NCBI GenBank assembly: GCA_038212095.1
Contig: JBBQUW010000012.1
Location: 3,526 to 67,525, forward strand
Origin: Gaiellales bacterium
Lineage (GTDB): Bacteria; Actinomycetota; Thermoleophilia; Gaiellales; JAICJC01
Direction: 5' to 3'
Length of the DNA: 64,000 bases
Shown here: one piece after another, positions 18,955-28,770 of the stretch
Numbering within the stretch: position 1 is the first letter of the stretch
How the letters are laid out: every line of letters begins with the position of its first letter
Position numbers and translations under genes: made by a program
The notes under the pieces: model-generated
What the model saw: the letters and a program-made list of their open reading frames with translations, nothing else
Told to the model about the DNA's origin: nothing
The model's database searches: none

Positions 18955-20838
18955 CTACACGGCGATGGCCGCGCGGGCACGAGCCGCCCGAACCGCGGCG
19001 GTCAACGACTCGATGTCGTACGCGCCGTGGTGACGAAGGCCGTTGACAAAGAAGCTGGGCGTGCCCGAGACGCCGCTCAGATCGGCGCTGTCGACGTCCT
19101 CGGCCACACGGGCGGCGCCGTCGTGGCGGTGTAGGTCGGCCCGGAACCGGTCGGCGTCCAGTCCCAGCTGCTCGGCATGGCGCACCAGCTCGGCGGGACG
19201 CAGTGCCTCCTGATGGGTCAGGAGCAGATCGTGCATCTCCCAGAACGCGCCCTGGGCCGCGGCGGCCTCTGCCGCCTCCGCCGCCAGTTGGGAGCGCGGG
19301 TGCACGTCGTTCAGAGGCAGGTGGCGCCATACGTAGCGCACGTCGCCGAAGTCGCTCAGCAGCTCGCGGATCGCGGGCTCGGCCTGGCCGCAGTAGGGGC
19401 ACTCGAAGTCGCCGTACTCGACCAGAGTCACGGGAGCATCGTCCGCCCCGCGGATGTGGTCGCGCTCCGGATCGACGGGCACGGCCAGGTCGACGATCAT
19501 CTCGGCCGTACCCAGCAGCGCCCGGATCTTCATCCGCGTCGGCAGCCGGGCGGTGGCCCGGAACACCAGCCAGGTCGCCACCGATGCCACCAGCGCGGCG
19601 CTCAGCACGCCCAGCTTGGCCTGCTCCAGCTGGCCGCCGGTGAACGCCAGGCTTGCGATCAGGAGCGAGACGGTAAATCCGATGCCGGCGATGCAGCCGC
19701 CGCCGATCACCGCCCCCCAGCCGACCGGCGGTGCCAGCCGCCCGCGACTGCCCCAGGTGACCAGCCACGACAGGCCGATCACGCCCACCGGCTTCCCCGC
19801 CACGTACCCGATCAGGATGCCGAGCGTGATCGGCGAGGTGAACGCGCGCCGCAGCACCGCCGCATCGATCGTGATACCGGCGTTGGCCAGCGCGAACAGC
19901 GGAAACATCACGTAGCTCGTCCAGGGGTGGAACAGGTGCTGAAGCCGTTCGTTGGGAGAGAGTGCCGAGCGCAGCCCGAGGCTGGCGGACTGCGCCAGTT
20001 CCGGCGTCGGCTGCTCGCGGAACAGCCGAAACAGGTCGCTGGCGCGCTCCAGGTCGGCGCGGGCAGCCGGCGAGGCATAGGTGGCGAGCCCAAGCGCCAG
20101 CCCCGCCACCACCGGGTCGACTCCAGATCGGTAGAGCGCGATCCAGATCGCCAGCCCCAGTCTCGCCTGCACCGGTCCGTGAGGCACGTTGAGCAGCGCG
20201 CTGGCCATCACCAGCCCGCACAGGACAGCCGCGATCAGCAGCGGTACCACCACCAGGTGCTGGGTGTAGGCGGTGCCGATCACGAGCAGCGCCACTAGGT
20301 CGTCCACGACCGCCACGGTCAGCATGAACGCGCGCAGGCGGTCGGGGAAGCGCGGTCCCACCAGCGCCAGCATGCCGAGCGCGAAGGCGGTGTCGGTCGA
20401 CATCGCCACGCCCCACCCGTGCGCCGAGCCGTTACCCGCGTTGACGGCGAGGAAGACGGCCACCGGCACCGCCATGCCACCCACCGCTGCGGCCAGCGGC
20501 AGCGCCAGGCGGCGCCGCTGGCGCAGCTCGCCCATGTCGAACTCGCGCCGCGCCTCCAGCCCGACGACGAAGAAGAAGAACGTCATCAGTCCCGAGTTCA
20601 GCCAGTAGCGCAGATTCTGCGAGATGCCGTGCCCGCCGACCCGCACCGTGAGCATCGTCGCCCACAGCGATCGGTACGAGTCGCCGTCCAGGTTGACCCA
20701 TGCCAGCGCCGCCACGGTCGCGGCAAGCAGCACCGCGGCGCTTCCGGTCTCGGTGCGCAGGAAGCTGCGAAGCGGCGTCTGGAGGTTGCGCGCCCAAGCC
20801 GTCCTCTGCGAGAGCGGCTGCGCTGCGTCACTGCTCGT
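18955..20838 (-). CDS. nhaA: Na+/H+ antiporter NhaA fused to C-terminal DsbA/thioredoxin domain
   Basis: STDTAFALG, AVVDD, GIGFT, YGDFECPYC. First canonical start is at 20733, but conserved-looking sequence extends to about 20838 (ACG). Confidence 0.88.
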   Translation of the reverse strand, partial: TSSDAAQPLSQRTAWARNLQTPLRSFLRTETGSAAVLLAATVAALAWVNLDGDSYRSLWATMLTVRVGGHGISQNLRYWLNSGLMTFFFFVVGLEARREFDMGELRQRRRLALPLAAAVGGMAVPVAVFLAVNAGNGSAHGWGVAMSTDTAFALGMLALVGPRFPDRLRAFMLTVAVVDDLVALLVIGTAYTQHLVVVPLLIAAVLCGLVMASALLNVPHGPVQARLGLAIWIALYRSGVDPVVAGLALGLATYASPAARADLERASDLFRLFREQPTPELAQSASLGLRSALSPNERLQHLFHPWTSYVMFPLFALANAGITIDAAVLRRAFTSPITLGILIGYVAGKPVGVIGLSWLVTWGSRGRLAPPVGWGAVIGGGCIAGIGFTVSLLIASLAFTGGQLEQAKLGVLSAALVASVATWLVFRATARLPTRMKIRALLGTAEMIVDLAVPVDPERDHIRGADDAPVTLVEYGDFECPYCGQAEPAIRELLSDFGDVRYVWRHLPLNDVHPRSQLAAEAAEAAAAQGAFWEMHDLLLTHQEALRPAELVRHAEQLGLDADRFRADLHRHDGAARVAEDVDSADLSGVSGTPSFFVNGLRHHGAYDIESLTAAVRAARARAAIAV

Positions 20839-21070
20839 AGCGCTCGACCACCTCTGGCTGGCGAACGTGTGCGCCGTCCGGGTCGAGATGCGCCTCGCGC
20901 AGCGCTCGCCGCTGGCGCAGCAGGTCCCAGCACTGGTCGAGCATGACCTTCACCTCTTCCAGCCGGCTTCCGTCGGCCGCGCTGCCCGTGCCGCTCGATT
21001 CGTCCTTCCAGAGCGCGTGCTCCTCGGCCACCAGCCGTTCGATCTGCTGGTGAAGCTGCGTGTCGTCCAT
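20828..21070 (-). CDS. DUF2630-family protein
   Basis: LVAEEHAL...LDQCWDLLRQRRA...VVERYEQ. Confidence 0.8.
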   Translation of the reverse strand: MDDTQLHQQIERLVAEEHALWKDESSGTGSAADGSRLEEVKVMLDQCWDLLRQRRALREAHLDPDGAHVRQPEVVERYEQ

Positions 21071-21231
21071 CGGTTCCCCCTCGTGGCTGGTTGACGCCCG
21101 TCCGCCATCGAGGATATCGGAGCCGTCAAGCGGACGATGAACCATCTAGGATCGGGGCGCAACCCCACCGAAATGGAGCGGCACATGAACGAGATGACCT
21201 GTCGGCCGGCGTCGCGGGCCGGGTGGCGATC

Positions 21232-21522
21232 ATGGCGGTGAGCTGCGGCCACCTTGACCAGATCGAGCTGACCGAGCCACCCGACTCGATCGCCGGATGC
21301 GAGGACTGCCTACCGATCGGCGCCCGCTGGCTTCACCTGCGCATGTGCGCCGGCTGTGGCCACGTCGGCTGCTGCGACTCGTCGCCGAACCGCCACGCAA
21401 CCGCTCACGCCCAGAGCAGCGGTCATCCGGTGATCCGCTCCGCCGAGCCCGGCGAGGAGTGGTTCTGGTGCTACGTCGACGAGCTGGCCTTCGAGCTCCC
21501 GCGCGGCGGCGGCGCGGCGTGA
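21232..21522 (+). CDS. UBP-type zinc finger protein
   Basis: CEDC...HLRMC..CGHVGCCDSSPNRHATAH. Confidence 0.88.
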   Translation: MAVSCGHLDQIELTEPPDSIAGCEDCLPIGARWLHLRMCAGCGHVGCCDSSPNRHATAHAQSSGHPVIRSAEPGEEWFWCYVDELAFELPRGGGAA

Positions 21523-22964
21523 CCGATGTCGGGGGTGCTGCGGCCACGGGCCGCGGCACCGAACGGCTGCGCAGATTCACGCTGATCGCGACGGTGATCG
21601 GCTCGTCGATGACCTTTGTCGACGGCACGGTGGTGAACATCGCGCTGCCCACCATCGGCCGCGACCTGCACGCCGGGCTGGGCACGCAGCAGTGGATGAT
21701 GCTGTCCTACTCGCTGGCCGTCGCCTCGCTCTACATCGTGTCCGGCGCTCTGGGCGACCGGTTCGGCCGCTGGCGGCTGTTCGTGGCAGGAGTGGTCGGG
21801 TTCGCGATGGCATCGGCGCTGGCCGGCCTGGCCCCGACCAGCGGTCTGCTGGTGCTGGCGCGCGTGCTGCAGGGCGTTGCCGGTGCGTTGCTGACCACCA
21901 ACAGCCTGGCGTTGCTGCGGGCGACGTACGGCCAGGACAGCGGCCGGGCGGTGGGGCAGTGGACGGCCTGGAGTGGGATCGGCACGATGATCGGCCCGCC
22001 GCTGGGCGGGCTGCTGGTGCAGTTCACGTCGTGGCGCCTGATCTTCTTCATCAACCTGCCGGCGGCCGCGGTCGCGCTGGCGCTTGCCTGGATGGGTCGG
22101 CCTGACGAGCACCTGCCAGATCAGCCGCGGCCGGTGCAGATCTCGGGTGCGATCGCCATCGGGCTGACCTTCGGTGCGCTCACCTACGGGCTGATCGAGG
22201 GTGCCCAGGCCGGATTCGGCACGGTGCTGTGGGCATTCGCGCTGTCGCTGGCCGGACTGGCGGCGCTGATCACAACCGAGATCCGCGGCACCAATCCGCT
22301 GCTGCCGCATGATCTATTGCGTGCTCGAATGTTCATCATCGCGAACCTCTACACCCTGTTGGTGTACGCCGCGATCGGCGGCACCACCTTCTATCTCGCG
22401 CTCTACCTCCAGTCCGGGGCTGTTGGATACAGCCCGGCTCGCGCCTCGCTGGTGTTTCTGCCCATCAGCGTGATCATGTTCTTCATCGCCGCCCGATTCG
22501 GCCGGCTGGCCGACCGCAACGGGCCGCGCCGCTACCTGGTGCGTGCGCCCCTGATCCTCAGCGCTGGGTTCGTGCTGCTGACCGTGATCACCGACACCAA
22601 TCCGTTGGCGCCGTTGCCTGGAGTGGTTGTGATGGCGCTCGGATTCGCCACGCTGGTGGCGCCGATCACGGCCACGGCCCTGAAGGCAGCTCCAGAGCAG
22701 CACACGGGCCTGGCGGCCGGCGTCAACACCACGGTCGCCAGGCTCGGCGGCCTGATCGCGACGCCCGTGCTGGGCGTCGTGATCACACTCGTGTTCGCCG
22801 CATCGGCGACCCATCATCAGGTCGATCCGTTCGCCGGTCACCTCACCGATGAGCAGCGCCACGCCACCATCGATGCATTCCGGGCGGCGATCGCCGGGTC
22901 GGTGCTGCTCTGCGTCGCCGGCTCGCTGCTGGCCGAACGCGGCCTGCGCGGCGATGACCGCTGA
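21519..22964 (+). CDS. MFS transporter (DHA2 family)
   Basis: DGTVVNIALP, GALGDRFGR, about 14 TM segments. Confidence 0.9.
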   Translation: MTDVGGAAATGRGTERLRRFTLIATVIGSSMTFVDGTVVNIALPTIGRDLHAGLGTQQWMMLSYSLAVASLYIVSGALGDRFGRWRLFVAGVVGFAMASALAGLAPTSGLLVLARVLQGVAGALLTTNSLALLRATYGQDSGRAVGQWTAWSGIGTMIGPPLGGLLVQFTSWRLIFFINLPAAAVALALAWMGRPDEHLPDQPRPVQISGAIAIGLTFGALTYGLIEGAQAGFGTVLWAFALSLAGLAALITTEIRGTNPLLPHDLLRARMFIIANLYTLLVYAAIGGTTFYLALYLQSGAVGYSPARASLVFLPISVIMFFIAARFGRLADRNGPRRYLVRAPLILSAGFVLLTVITDTNPLAPLPGVVVMALGFATLVAPITATALKAAPEQHTGLAAGVNTTVARLGGLIATPVLGVVITLVFAASATHHQVDPFAGHLTDEQRHATIDAFRAAIAGSVLLCVAGSLLAERGLRGDDR

Positions 22965-23004
22965 TTCGCTTGCGCACCGCCGAGCGCGGGGCGACAATGG
23001 CGCC

Positions 23005-23220
23005 ATGGCGGTGGTGTTCTCGGTGATCGACGCTCCATATCCGCACGTGTGCGCGCTGTATCGATGCCGGTGCGGCTGCGAGTGCGTACGGCACGATGAG
23101 CAGGCTGGGCTCCTGCCGGCGGGGTGGACGTCTGCCCATCAGGGCGAGGGTGACGACGAGCTGGTTCGCTGTCCGGGCTGCTCGGCCGAGACGGGGAACG
23201 ACGGCCCTGAGCCGGTGTAA
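23005..23220 (+). CDS. small Cys-rich, putative zinc-binding protein
   Basis: CRCG...LPAGW...CPGC. Confidence 0.5.
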   Translation: MAVVFSVIDAPYPHVCALYRCRCGCECVRHDEQAGLLPAGWTSAHQGEGDDELVRCPGCSAETGNDGPEPV

Positions 23221-23269
23221 AGCTCATCCCGCACGTTTCGGTGCGCGCCGGTTGAGGTACTGACGGGGA

Positions 23270-24214
23270 GTGATCATACCGTCTGACGCTCAGCCGATCG
23301 GGAGGCCACCAGCTATCCCTGATGTCCGCAACCCGGTGCCGTCCGATCCCGCCCGGCGCCGGCTGTCGCCGTTCGAGTATCCCGCGGTCATTGTGCGGGG
23401 GGCGAAGCGCGCTCAGCGAAACCAGGTCTCACACCTCGCCCAGGCCGTTGCGTTCAACGGCTTCCTGGCCATCCCATCCGTGCTGCTGCTGGCTTTGGGC
23501 CTGTTCAGCACCGTCGCCGGCCCGGGCTCGGTCGACTCCCTGCTTGGCCACCTCGGCGGCGTCGTGCCGACGGCTGCGATCACCCTCGCTCGGGGCAGCA
23601 TGAAGCAGGTGATGGCGGCGCAGCAGGGCGGCGTGATGATCGTGGTCGGTGCGGCACTCGCGCTGTGGTCGCTGAGTGGCGCCATGCAGACCGTGATGTG
23701 GTCGCTGAACACCGCCTATGAGCAGGAGGAGACGCGCGGATTCGTCCGCGCCCGCCTGGTCTCGATCCTGATGGGCCTTTCCGCGCTGGTGGCGGTGGCG
23801 CTGATCGTGCTGGCGTTGGTGCTGGGGCCGCTGATCAGCGTCTGGATCGGCGATCACGTCGGCGCCTCCGGTGTGACGGCCGCGCTGTGGAACATCGGGC
23901 GCTTTCCGGTGCTCGTGCTGGGTCTGCTGGCCTCGTTCGGGATCGTGCTCTACCTGGGTCCTGACGTCGAGGGGCGCCGGTTCCAGCTGGTCACCCCGGG
24001 CGCGGTAGTAGCGCTGTTGCTGTGGCTGGCGGCCTCGGCCGCGTTCGCCTTCTATGCCAACAGCTTTGGCAGCTACAACAAGGCTTGGGGATCGCTGGCG
24101 GCGGTGATCGTGACGCTGACGTGGATGTGGCTCTCGAGCGTCGCCCTGCTGCTGGGCGCCGAGATCAATGCCGAGGCCGATCGCTGCCGTGCCGGCCGCG
24201 GCGCGACCTCCTAG
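23270..24214 (+). CDS. YihY/BrkB-family membrane protein
   Basis: LNTAYE, FGSYNKAWGSLAAVI, LLLGAEINA. Confidence 0.9.
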   Translation: MIIPSDAQPIGRPPAIPDVRNPVPSDPARRRLSPFEYPAVIVRGAKRAQRNQVSHLAQAVAFNGFLAIPSVLLLALGLFSTVAGPGSVDSLLGHLGGVVPTAAITLARGSMKQVMAAQQGGVMIVVGAALALWSLSGAMQTVMWSLNTAYEQEETRGFVRARLVSILMGLSALVAVALIVLALVLGPLISVWIGDHVGASGVTAALWNIGRFPVLVLGLLASFGIVLYLGPDVEGRRFQLVTPGAVVALLLWLAASAAFAFYANSFGSYNKAWGSLAAVIVTLTWMWLSSVALLLGAEINAEADRCRAGRGATS

Positions 24215-24315
24215 GGAATCACGAACCACCGCGGCGGTGCGATCTGCCGCCGCGCCTCGCGCTGACAACAATCAGACACCCGGCGGTATTGTCAAGTCGT
24301 ATACTGGTCAGTCAC

Positions 24316-25401
24316 ATGCCGCAGCGCCGCCGCCGAGGTCTCGACACAACATCAGCCACGGCCGCTCGCGCGGCGCTTCCAGCGTCCGAGCTACAGGATC
24401 TGTTCCAGACGCTGATGATGGAGCTACCGTTGTATGCCGTGATAACGACCGCAGACCGAACGATCAGGTTCTGCAACCGGGCACTCGCGGCGTTGGTGGA
24501 GCTCGAGCCGGACAAGGTGGTTGGTCGCGACTGGGACGACATCTTCGACGGCTTCGCGGAGGATCAGGCGTCCTGGGATCGATTCCTCGTCGGCCTGGTC
24601 ACGCGCCAGTATCACGGTCGCGTACGCGATGCGGCCGGCTTCGTGCACGACGTGTTCTGGTCGAACGTGCTGTTGGGTGGCTCGGGCTCCAGCGCCATGC
24701 TGGCCTCGATTGGACACGACGTCACCGACAGCATCGCTGCCGCCGAGATGCTGGCCGCTGCCAACGCCGATCGCGAGCGGCTGGTCGCGGCGGTGCTCGC
24801 GGCCGAGGTTGAGGAGCGTGCACGGCTTGCCGAGGCGCTGCACGACGACACCGTCCAGGCGCTGACGGCCACGCTGATTCAGCTCGATTCGGCCCTCGCC
24901 GGCCGCGGCCAGCCCACGACGCTGGCTCGCGCCCGTGACACGCTGGCAGACGCGCTGGTTCGGATGCGACGGCTGATGTTCAACCTGCGCCCACGACTGC
25001 TCGACGACGAGGGGTTGTCGGCCGCGATCTCGCAGCTGGCTGACGAGTTCGCTCGCGACGATGGCTTCGAGGCCACGGTGCAGGTGCCCCAACGCCGCCT
25101 CCCGCGCGCGGTGGAGGAGCTCGCCTACCGCACCGTCCGAGAAGCGGTGATCAACTGCGCTCGGCATGGCCGTGCCGGTCATCTCGCCATCACGATCGAG
25201 ATTGTCGACGGCGTGCTGGTCGGCGAGGTGGCGGACGACGGCGTCGGCTTCGATCCAGGTGCGATTGGCGCCCGGCGGGACGCAAACCTGCACGTCGGCA
25301 TCGCGTCGATGGCCGAGCGAGTGCGCTTGGCGCGAGGAGAGATCGAGATTGAGAGCGCGCCCGGGGCCGGCACCACGGTTCGCTTTCGGATGCCTCTCTA
25401 G
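24316..25401 (+). CDS. PAS-domain sensor histidine kinase (HisKA_3)
   Basis: ERARLAEALHDDTVQ, EAVIN, DDGVGF, GAGT. Confidence 0.9.
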   Translation: MPQRRRRGLDTTSATAARAALPASELQDLFQTLMMELPLYAVITTADRTIRFCNRALAALVELEPDKVVGRDWDDIFDGFAEDQASWDRFLVGLVTRQYHGRVRDAAGFVHDVFWSNVLLGGSGSSAMLASIGHDVTDSIAAAEMLAAANADRERLVAAVLAAEVEERARLAEALHDDTVQALTATLIQLDSALAGRGQPTTLARARDTLADALVRMRRLMFNLRPRLLDDEGLSAAISQLADEFARDDGFEATVQVPQRRLPRAVEELAYRTVREAVINCARHGRAGHLAITIEIVDGVLVGEVADDGVGFDPGAIGARRDANLHVGIASMAERVRLARGEIEIESAPGAGTTVRFRMPL

Positions 25402-25428
25402 CCGGTCGGGTCGGCTACGCTGACCGGC

Positions 25429-25851
25429 ATGGGACGGACGCTGCGAGCGGCGGGGGCGGGTATGGCGGCCGCCGCGACCTGGGTGGCGGTGGAGCCAGTG
25501 TTTCGCCGCGCGTTCGGCGGGCCGCATCGCGAGCTGCGGCTGGTCGGCAGGATGCTGGCGCCGGAGCGGGCATGGCTACCGGTGGGCGTTGCCGTTCACC
25601 TCGCCAACGGCGCGATGTTCGGCGTGGCGTTCGATCGGCTTGGCGGGCGGGGCGTCCGTGCGGCCGTGATCGCGGCCCAGGTGGAGAACGCCGTGCTGTG
25701 GCCGACGATGCTGATCGTCGACCGGCTGCATCCCGACGTGCGAAGCGGCGCCTGGCCACGGCTGGCGGGCAATCGGTCGGTGGTGGCCCAGGAGCTGGCC
25801 GGTCACGCGGTGTTCGGCGTGGTGCTGGGCGCGTTGCTGCCCCGTGAGTAG
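25429..25851 (+). CDS. membrane protein
   Basis: Hydrophobic helices; HLANGAMFG and HAVFG. Confidence 0.65.
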   Translation: MGRTLRAAGAGMAAAATWVAVEPVFRRAFGGPHRELRLVGRMLAPERAWLPVGVAVHLANGAMFGVAFDRLGGRGVRAAVIAAQVENAVLWPTMLIVDRLHPDVRSGAWPRLAGNRSVVAQELAGHAVFGVVLGALLPRE

Positions 25852-25855
25852 CCGG

Positions 25856-26890
25856 CTACGCGGCCAGCAGCACGCGACGCTTGCCGGCGCGCTTGGCCCG
25901 AAGCAGCGCGGCGTCTGCGCGGTCGATTACCGCCAGCGGATCTAGCTCGCCTGGAAGCGAGGCGGCCACGCCGATCGAGGCGCCGCAGCCGGCCATCGCG
26001 GCGACCGCCCGCAGGACGCGACGCGCGGATCTCTCGGCGGATGGGACAGGACCAGTCAGGATCATTGCGAACTCGTCGCCGCCGATACGCCCAGCGACGT
26101 CGTACGGCCGGCAGCACGATCTCAACGCCGCGGCCGTCTTGCGCAAGATCGCGTCACCGGCCAGGTGGCCGAGGCTGTCGTTGGCCTGCTTGAAGTCGTC
26201 CAGGTCGAGCACCAGCACCGCCAGCTGCTCGCCGTTTCGGTGGGCGCGTGCCAGCTCGGCGGCGACGCGGCCGTAGAAGGCCCGATGGTTGAGCAGCTCG
26301 GTTAGTGAGTCGTGATCGACGCGATGCTCGAGGTCCTCAAACAGCGAGACGCGAACCACCATCGCCGCCAGCGTGGCCACCATCTGCAGCAGCGCGACGT
26401 CGCGTCGCGCCCATGCGCGGGCGGAGTCGTAGTCCGCCACGTCCATCAGCCCGATCGAGCGCCCCGCGGTGACCAGCGGCAGCTCGACCACCGATCGCCA
26501 CGTCCACTCCTCGAACTCGCGGCGGAACTGTGGCAGCAGCGAGAGATCGGTGACCTGCAGCTCGCTGTAGCCGACGCCGCTTTCCAGCAGGCGGCGCGAC
26601 TCGGGCCGCGCCGCCAGCGAGTACAGCTCGCCGTTGAACTCGCCGTCCGAGCCGTCGGTGAGCGAGCCATCCTGATAGAAGACGGCCGCCGTCTCGATCC
26701 GGTTGTCGTCCGGATGCCAGACCGAGATCGTGCACTCGTTGGCGCGGCCGACCGCCCGCACGACCTCGCGGGCGAGGATATTTGCAGCCGCGTCAAAGGA
26801 TGCCGCCTGGGCGAGCGCCAGCGAGATCCGGTGGAGGACCTCGAGTTCGTGCCGGCCACGGGACCAGCCCTCATCGATCGTGCGGAGCAT
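25856..26890 (-). CDS. GAF-GGDEF diguanylate cyclase
   Basis: HDSLTELLN, DLDDFK..ND..GH..GD, RPYD I-site, GGDEF. Confidence 0.92.
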   Translation of the reverse strand: MLRTIDEGWSRGRHELEVLHRISLALAQAASFDAAANILAREVVRAVGRANECTISVWHPDDNRIETAAVFYQDGSLTDGSDGEFNGELYSLAARPESRRLLESGVGYSELQVTDLSLLPQFRREFEEWTWRSVVELPLVTAGRSIGLMDVADYDSARAWARRDVALLQMVATLAAMVVRVSLFEDLEHRVDHDSLTELLNHRAFYGRVAAELARAHRNGEQLAVLVLDLDDFKQANDSLGHLAGDAILRKTAAALRSCCRPYDVAGRIGGDEFAMILTGPVPSAERSARRVLRAVAAMAGCGASIGVAASLPGELDPLAVIDRADAALLRAKRAGKRRVLLAA

Positions 26891-26896
26891 GGTGCT

Positions 26897-27005
26897 GTAT
26901 CGGCATTGGCGGCGCCGGCTGAAGGCGCTCGACGGCCGAATCGCCTCCCCACTTTGTGGTAAATCGGGCAGGACCGGGTCAACCGCTCCGCGGCTCCGTC
27001 GATTA
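26897..27005. promoter_or_regulatory. divergent sigma28-like promoters for the GGDEF and MCP genes
   Basis: Minus strand TTCAG-N14-GCCGATAC (26923-26897); plus strand TCAAC-N14-GTCGATTA (26979-27005). Confidence 0.6.
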
Positions 27006-27057
27006 CCGGCGAGTGACGCGCCTCGGCGCGACCTGCATACCCGGAAGAGAGGCTCCA

Positions 27058-28227
27058 ATGTTCCAGCGAAGCTCGGCGAACGATCCCGTCATCCTCGAGC
27101 TGATCGACCGGCTCTCGAGCCTCGACCAGAACTGCCTCACCAACCTCAGCGCCGGCATCACGGCGATCGCCGGTGGAGACCTGACCTACGCGGTGAGCCC
27201 GGTCACCACGCCGATCTCGACCCGTGCCCGCAGTGGCGAGGTGCAGCAGCTGGTCGACATCTTCAACTCGATGCTGGGCAAGGCGCAGGCTGCCCTCGAG
27301 GGCTACGAGACGGTGCGCGAGACCTATCGCGCGGCGCTCGGTGACCACTCCTGCCTGCAGGAGCTCGAGACGCAGCTGACCAGCCTGTCGGACAACTGCC
27401 TGACCAATCTCGGTACCGGACTCGAGGCGATGACCCGTGGCGACTTGACCGTGGACGTGCAGCCGGTCACCAGCCATCTGGAGGCGGCACGCGGCAAGGC
27501 GATCGGCACGCTGGGCGAGATCTTCAACGGCATGTTGACCAAGGCTCAGGCCGGGCTGGGGCTGTACAACACCACCCGCACCCAGGTTGCCGGCATGATC
27601 AGCGAGATCGGAGACACCTCGGACAGGCTGTCCGCGGCGGCCGAGACGATGTCGACCACCTCGCACGAGACCAGCCGTGCGATCGAGGAGATCGCCCGCG
27701 CCATTACCGGCGTGGCCGAGGGAGCCGAGCGCCAGGTACAGATGATCACGTCTGCGCAGTCGATCACCGCCGAGGCGGTGGAGATGGGCGAGAACGCCCG
27801 CCAGGTGGCCGAGCAGGGCGTTCGCATGACCGATCAGATCGCGAGCATCGCCGACCAGACCAACCTGCTCGCCCTGAACGCGGCCATCGAGGCCGCGCGG
27901 GCCGGGGAGCAGGGCCGGGGCTTCGCGGTCGTCGCCGACGAGGTGCGCAAGCTGGCCGAGTCCGCCAGCTCCACGGTCGAGGAGACGCGCAAGGCGTTCC
28001 ACGGTCTGGCATCAAGCATCGAGGACGTGACCGGATGCGTCAGCCGCATCTCCGATGCGACCGGCCAGGTGTCCGAGGTTGCCGAGGGCACCAGCGCCGC
28101 CACCGAGGAGGTCTCGGCTTCGACCGAAGAGACGAGCGCGTCCACCCAGAACATCTCGGCGTCCAGCGAGGAGCTGGCGCGCACCGCTGAACATCTCAAG
28201 GGTCTCGTCAGCCGCTTCGTGGTCTGA
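27058..28227 (+). CDS. cytoplasmic methyl-accepting chemotaxis protein
   Basis: [38 protein letters not shown]; duplicated N-terminal NCLTNL..G..A...GDLT units; no TM segment. Confidence 0.93.
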   Translation: MFQRSSANDPVILELIDRLSSLDQNCLTNLSAGITAIAGGDLTYAVSPVTTPISTRARSGEVQQLVDIFNSMLGKAQAALEGYETVRETYRAALGDHSCLQELETQLTSLSDNCLTNLGTGLEAMTRGDLTVDVQPVTSHLEAARGKAIGTLGEIFNGMLTKAQAGLGLYNTTRTQVAGMISEIGDTSDRLSAAAETMSTTSHETSRAIEEIARAITGVAEGAERQVQMITSAQSITAEAVEMGENARQVAEQGVRMTDQIASIADQTNLLALNAAIEAARAGEQGRGFAVVADEVRKLAESASSTVEETRKAFHGLASSIEDVTGCVSRISDATGQVSEVAEGTSAATEEVSASTEETSASTQNISASSEELARTAEHLKGLVSRFVV

Positions 28228-28261
28228 CCGCGAACCGAACTGGTTGGGAGAGGAATCTGGG

Positions 28262-28702
28262 ATGCAGCAGCTGGTCGTCTTCTCGCTCGCGGGCGAGCAC
28301 TACGGACTTCCGATAACACAGGTGCAGGAGATCATCCGGTACCAGACGCCGCGCTCGTTGCCAAGCCCGCTGGCCTCGATCCGAGGTGTCATCAATCTGC
28401 GCAACCGGATCATCCCTATCTGCGATCTGCAGTGCGAGATGGGCCTTTCGGCCGCCGGCGAACGCGATGACGGGACGAGCAAGATCGTGATCATCGAGAC
28501 TGCGGTGGGCACGGTCGGCCTGATCGTCGACAGCGTCGACCAGGTGATGAGAGTGGAGGACGAGCAGGTCGAACCGGGCGCCGGCTCGCAGCAGGAGTAC
28601 GTCAGCGGCATCGCCAAGATCGGGAGCGATCTGGTGATCCTGCTCCAGCCGGACGCGCTGGCGACGTCGATCGGCCTCGCGCCGACCGAGTTGGCGGCGT
28701 AG
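28262..28702 (+). CDS. cheW: chemotaxis adaptor CheW
   Basis: LVVF...YGL....VQEII, GVINLRNRIIP, GLIVDSV. Confidence 0.92.
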   Translation: MQQLVVFSLAGEHYGLPITQVQEIIRYQTPRSLPSPLASIRGVINLRNRIIPICDLQCEMGLSAAGERDDGTSKIVIIETAVGTVGLIVDSVDQVMRVEDEQVEPGAGSQQEYVSGIAKIGSDLVILLQPDALATSIGLAPTELAA

Positions 28703-28770
28703 CGCATCGCCGGCCCGGCGCGCGCGCCCGCCCGGCTGATGTGACGCTCCACATGTGAGGGCGCTAGCCT

